In this document: in pieces, positions 56,946 to 59,460 of the stretch | Layout of the letters: every line of letters begins with the position of its first letter | Numbering within the stretch: the first letter of the stretch is position 1 | Source of the DNA: Pseudomonadota bacterium | Lineage (GTDB): Bacteria; Pseudomonadota; Gammaproteobacteria; Burkholderiales; SG8-39 | DNA length: 59,460 nucleotides | Reading direction: 5' to 3' | NCBI GenBank assembly: GCA_031408275.1 | Contig: JANNWA010000027.1 | Location: 1 to 59,460, forward strand | Made by a program: the position numbers and the translations under genes | Notes under the pieces: model-generated | Seen by the model: only the letters and a program-made list of their open reading frames with translations | Told to the model about the DNA's origin: nothing | Databases searched by the model: none

Positions 56946-58607
56946 ATGGCCGCTATACTTCAGTGTCGTGATTCGGGCAGTTCCGCCCCCACATTTTGCG
57001 GCGCATGCATGCACTTCGCTCGTATTGCCGGTTACGCCTTTATGACCCTGGCCCTTGCGGGCGGTTGGGCATTCATCTACTTGCAGTCCAGCGCGGTTGA
57101 TTTTGCCTCGATAGGGGCCGCGCGCACGGCGCTCGCCGAACTGCGCTCGGTGGACGAGGGCTGGACCCAGAATCTGGTGAGCGAGCGGCGGCTCGCCGTT
57201 CAGTCCGGCGCCCCGCAGGCGGCGCTCCGTGCGCCCGCGTCCCCGTACCGGCATCGCGCTGTTTTCGCGGCGCTCGAAGTCGCGATGGTGCGCCTGGGTG
57301 TTCCGCGCATGGGCAATGAGCTTGCCCAACTGAAGCGCGACCTCGACCAAAGAGCCGCCTTGATCGAAAGCAGCGCCCGGGCGCAGGCGTCGTTCACGCG
57401 GGCCCGGCAGGCCGAGACGCCGGATCCGGCGGCAATCGCCGAGCGCGAGGCGCTGGCCGAAGCCTTGTTCGATCAAGCCTGGCTGGCTTCCAGCGGGCCG
57501 CGGCTCGACATGCTCGGCCGCGCCATCGATCGGGCGTTCGACGCTGCCGTCACCGAGGGCGAGCTCTATCGGATGGGGCTGCTTTTTTACTCGGGCTTCC
57601 TGCTCGCGGTTCTCGCCTTCCTGGTCTGGAATCTCGATCAGCGGCGCCGCCAGATCGATCGCATCAACCAGCAGCTGCGCGAGGCAAACGAAACGCTGGA
57701 GACGCGCGTCGCCGAACGCACCAGCGAGCTGTCCGACGCGCTTGCCAGGCTGAAGGAATCCGAGGCGATGCTGGTCCAGAGCGAGAAAATGTCCTCCCTC
57801 GGCCAGATGGTGGCCGGCATCGCGCACGAAGTGAACACGCCGCTGGCGTACGTCAAGTCGAGTCTCGAAGCGGTTGCCAAAAGCGTGCCTCGGGCCGCCG
57901 GGCTTGCGACCGAGACCGGGCGATTGCTGGCGCTGCTTTCGGCCGAGAACGCGGACGAGGCCGCTCTCGCGGCCCAGTTCGCCCTGGTGCGGGGGCTGGT
58001 CGAAGCTCTGTCGGCGGGGCCGGCCGGGCGCAGCGCGTTCAATGATCTCGAGGGGCTCGTGAAGGACGGCCTGTTCGGCATTGGTCAGATTTCCGAGATC
58101 GTCTCCAACCTGAAGAATTTCAGCCGCCTGGATCGCAGCAAGGTCGCCGCTTACGATCTGCACGAGGGCATCGACAGCGCCATCCGTATCGGGCAGGCGC
58201 AATTGCAGAACCGCATCGTCCGCCGGGAGTTCGGGAAGATCCCCCAGTTCTCCTGCTCGCCGTCGCAAATCAATCAGGTGATCCTGAACCTGCTCGTCAA
58301 CGCGGCGCAGGCGACGCGCGACGGCGAGGGAACGATCACGGTCCGCACCGGCATGCGCGACGCGGAGCATGTCGCGCTGGAGGTGGCCGACAACGGCAGC
58401 GGCATTCCGGCGGAAGTCCTGCCGAAAATATTCGATCCGTTCTTCACCACTAAGGCCGTGGGCAAGGGCACCGGCCTCGGATTGTCCATTTGCTACAAGA
58501 TCGTCGAGAACCACGGCGGAAAATTCGAGGTTCAATCCACGCCCGGTCTGGGCACGCGCTTCACCGTGGTGCTGCCGATCGATCCGCCCGCGGCTCCCGC
58601 CGCCTAG
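56946..58607 (+). CDS. Membrane sensor histidine kinase (two TM helices flanking a helical extracytoplasmic domain of about 170 aa; HisKA with a long insertion; HATPase)
   Basis: H-box [15 protein letters not shown] boxes [24 protein letters not shown]. Alternative start at ATG 57009. Confidence 0.87.
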   Translation: MAAILQCRDSGSSAPTFCGACMHFARIAGYAFMTLALAGGWAFIYLQSSAVDFASIGAARTALAELRSVDEGWTQNLVSERRLAVQSGAPQAALRAPASPYRHRAVFAALEVAMVRLGVPRMGNELAQLKRDLDQRAALIESSARAQASFTRARQAETPDPAAIAEREALAEALFDQAWLASSGPRLDMLGRAIDRAFDAAVTEGELYRMGLLFYSGFLLAVLAFLVWNLDQRRRQIDRINQQLREANETLETRVAERTSELSDALARLKESEAMLVQSEKMSSLGQMVAGIAHEVNTPLAYVKSSLEAVAKSVPRAAGLATETGRLLALLSAENADEAALAAQFALVRGLVEALSAGPAGRSAFNDLEGLVKDGLFGIGQISEIVSNLKNFSRLDRSKVAAYDLHEGIDSAIRIGQAQLQNRIVRREFGKIPQFSCSPSQINQVILNLLVNAAQATRDGEGTITVRTGMRDAEHVALEVADNGSGIPAEVLPKIFDPFFTTKAVGKGTGLGLSICYKIVENHGGKFEVQSTPGLGTRFTVVLPIDPPAAPAA

Positions 58608-58612
58608 TTCCG

Positions 58613-59460
58613 ATGATGCCCGACCGGGTCGGCAGGTATGAGATCGCCGGCGAGCTGGGGCGCGGTGGGATGGCGGTCGTCTATCGCGGCGTCGATCCGG
58701 TCATCAAGCGTTTCGCCGCGCTGAAGGTCATTCGCAAAGCCGATCTCGAGCCCGCCGAGGCGCCGGACATACTCGACCGGTTCAAGCGCGAGGCGCAGGC
58801 CGCGGGCGGCCTGCAGCATCCGAACATCGTCGCGGTCTATGAGTATGGCGAGGACGACGAATGCGCCTGGATCGCGATGGAACTTGTCGAGGGGCGCTCG
58901 CTGCGCGACCACCTGCTCGCCGGCTGGCGGCCTGATCTCACCAGGCTGCCCGCCCTCCTGGAGCAGTTGCTCGAAGCGCTCGACTACTCGCACACCCACG
59001 GGGTCGTGCATCGCGACGTCAAGCCCGGCAATATCCTGGTGAGCGACATGGGCGTGGCGAAGATGAGCGATTTCGGAATCGCGCGCATCGAGCGGTCCCA
59101 TTTGACCCAGCAGGGCGAGATACTCGGCACCCCCTTCTACATGGCCCCCGAGCAGTACGAAGGCCATCAGATCGACGAGCGTACGGACATCTATTCGGCC
59201 GGGGTGATCGCCTATGAAGTGCTGTGCGGGCGCCGGCCCTTCGACGGGCAGGGCGGCAATCTGATGCGTCAGATCCTGCAGGACCCGCCCCCACCGGCCT
59301 CGACCTACGAACCGCGCGTCCCGATCACCATCGACATGGTGCTTGCCAGGGCTCTGGCCAAGAAGCCGCAGAACCGGTATCGCAGCGCGCGGGAGTTTCT
59401 CGATGCATTGCGGCGGGCGTTTCCCGGCAGCGAGCCGGCGCCCGCCCCGCCCGCCGCGGG
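58613..59460 (+). CDS. Hanks-type serine/threonine protein kinase, N-terminal part (runs off window end)
   Basis: Hand translation from ATG 58613: MMPDRVGRYEIAGELGRGGMAVVYRG (Gly loop), AALKVI (Lys), HRDVKPGNIL (catalytic loop), DFG, TPFYMAPE. There is no stop before 59460, so it is absent from the ORF track. Confidence 0.9.
   Translation, partial: MMPDRVGRYEIAGELGRGGMAVVYRGVDPVIKRFAALKVIRKADLEPAEAPDILDRFKREAQAAGGLQHPNIVAVYEYGEDDECAWIAMELVEGRSLRDHLLAGWRPDLTRLPALLEQLLEALDYSHTHGVVHRDVKPGNILVSDMGVAKMSDFGIARIERSHLTQQGEILGTPFYMAPEQYEGHQIDERTDIYSAGVIAYEVLCGRRPFDGQGGNLMRQILQDPPPPASTYEPRVPITIDMVLARALAKKPQNRYRSAREFLDALRRAFPGSEPAPAPPAA

Noticed and set aside
56604-58535. 643-aa minus-strand ORF
   Set aside because: It is antisense to mtgA and the histidine kinase. 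It is a shadow frame.

Overview
This is a 59.5-kb, high-G+C chromosomal segment, roughly two-thirds G+C by eye. Its gene order looks betaproteobacterial: dprA-smg-topB, rsmB-DUF4390-ntrYX and accBC-prmA-DUF3426 (the taxon call is inference).

Layout, in order:
- Origin-proximal cluster: yidC-yidD-rnpA-rpmH divergent from dnaA-dnaN-gyrB.
- Housekeeping genes: topB, smg, dprA, def-fmt-rsmB and an NtrY/NtrX-like two-component pair.
- metH.
- A roughly 12-kb aromatic-acid catabolic and uptake block: MFS transporter, thioesterase, pcaHG-pcaB; then acyl-CoA ligase, FAH-family hydrolase and GST-zeta isomerase, divergent from a 5-gene HAAT-type ABC importer.
- A nitrogen-regulated porin-glnK-amtB operon.
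- More core genes: ubiK, comM, apaH, prmA, accBC, aroQ, mpl, aroE, mtgA.
- A histidine kinase followed 5 nt later by a Hanks-type Ser/Thr kinase that runs off the window end.

I call 58 protein-coding genes. Many starts are refined relative to the ORF track, and three genes absent from the track were translated by hand: yidC (5' part), rpmH and the partial Ser/Thr kinase.

I found no rRNA, tRNA, CRISPR array, transposase, integrase or phage genes, and no unexplained gap larger than about 260 bp.

I do not see a clear multi-gene novel system here; this is mostly core genome. The items most worth a second look are:
1. A highly structured leader of about 190 nt with a terminator-like hairpin and a competing 10-bp long-range pairing upstream of metH.
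2. A 125-aa truncated COG0523-like P-loop protein tightly linked to ntrX, whose own AAA+ motifs look degenerate.
3. A good sigma-54 promoter with NtrC-like sites driving a TorF-family porin together with glnK-amtB.
4. A patchwork aromatic cluster lacking the expected ring-cleavage or downstream partners and any regulator gene.
5. The coupled histidine kinase and Ser/Thr kinase pair.

The very long antisense ORFs in the track are judged to be high-GC shadow frames.
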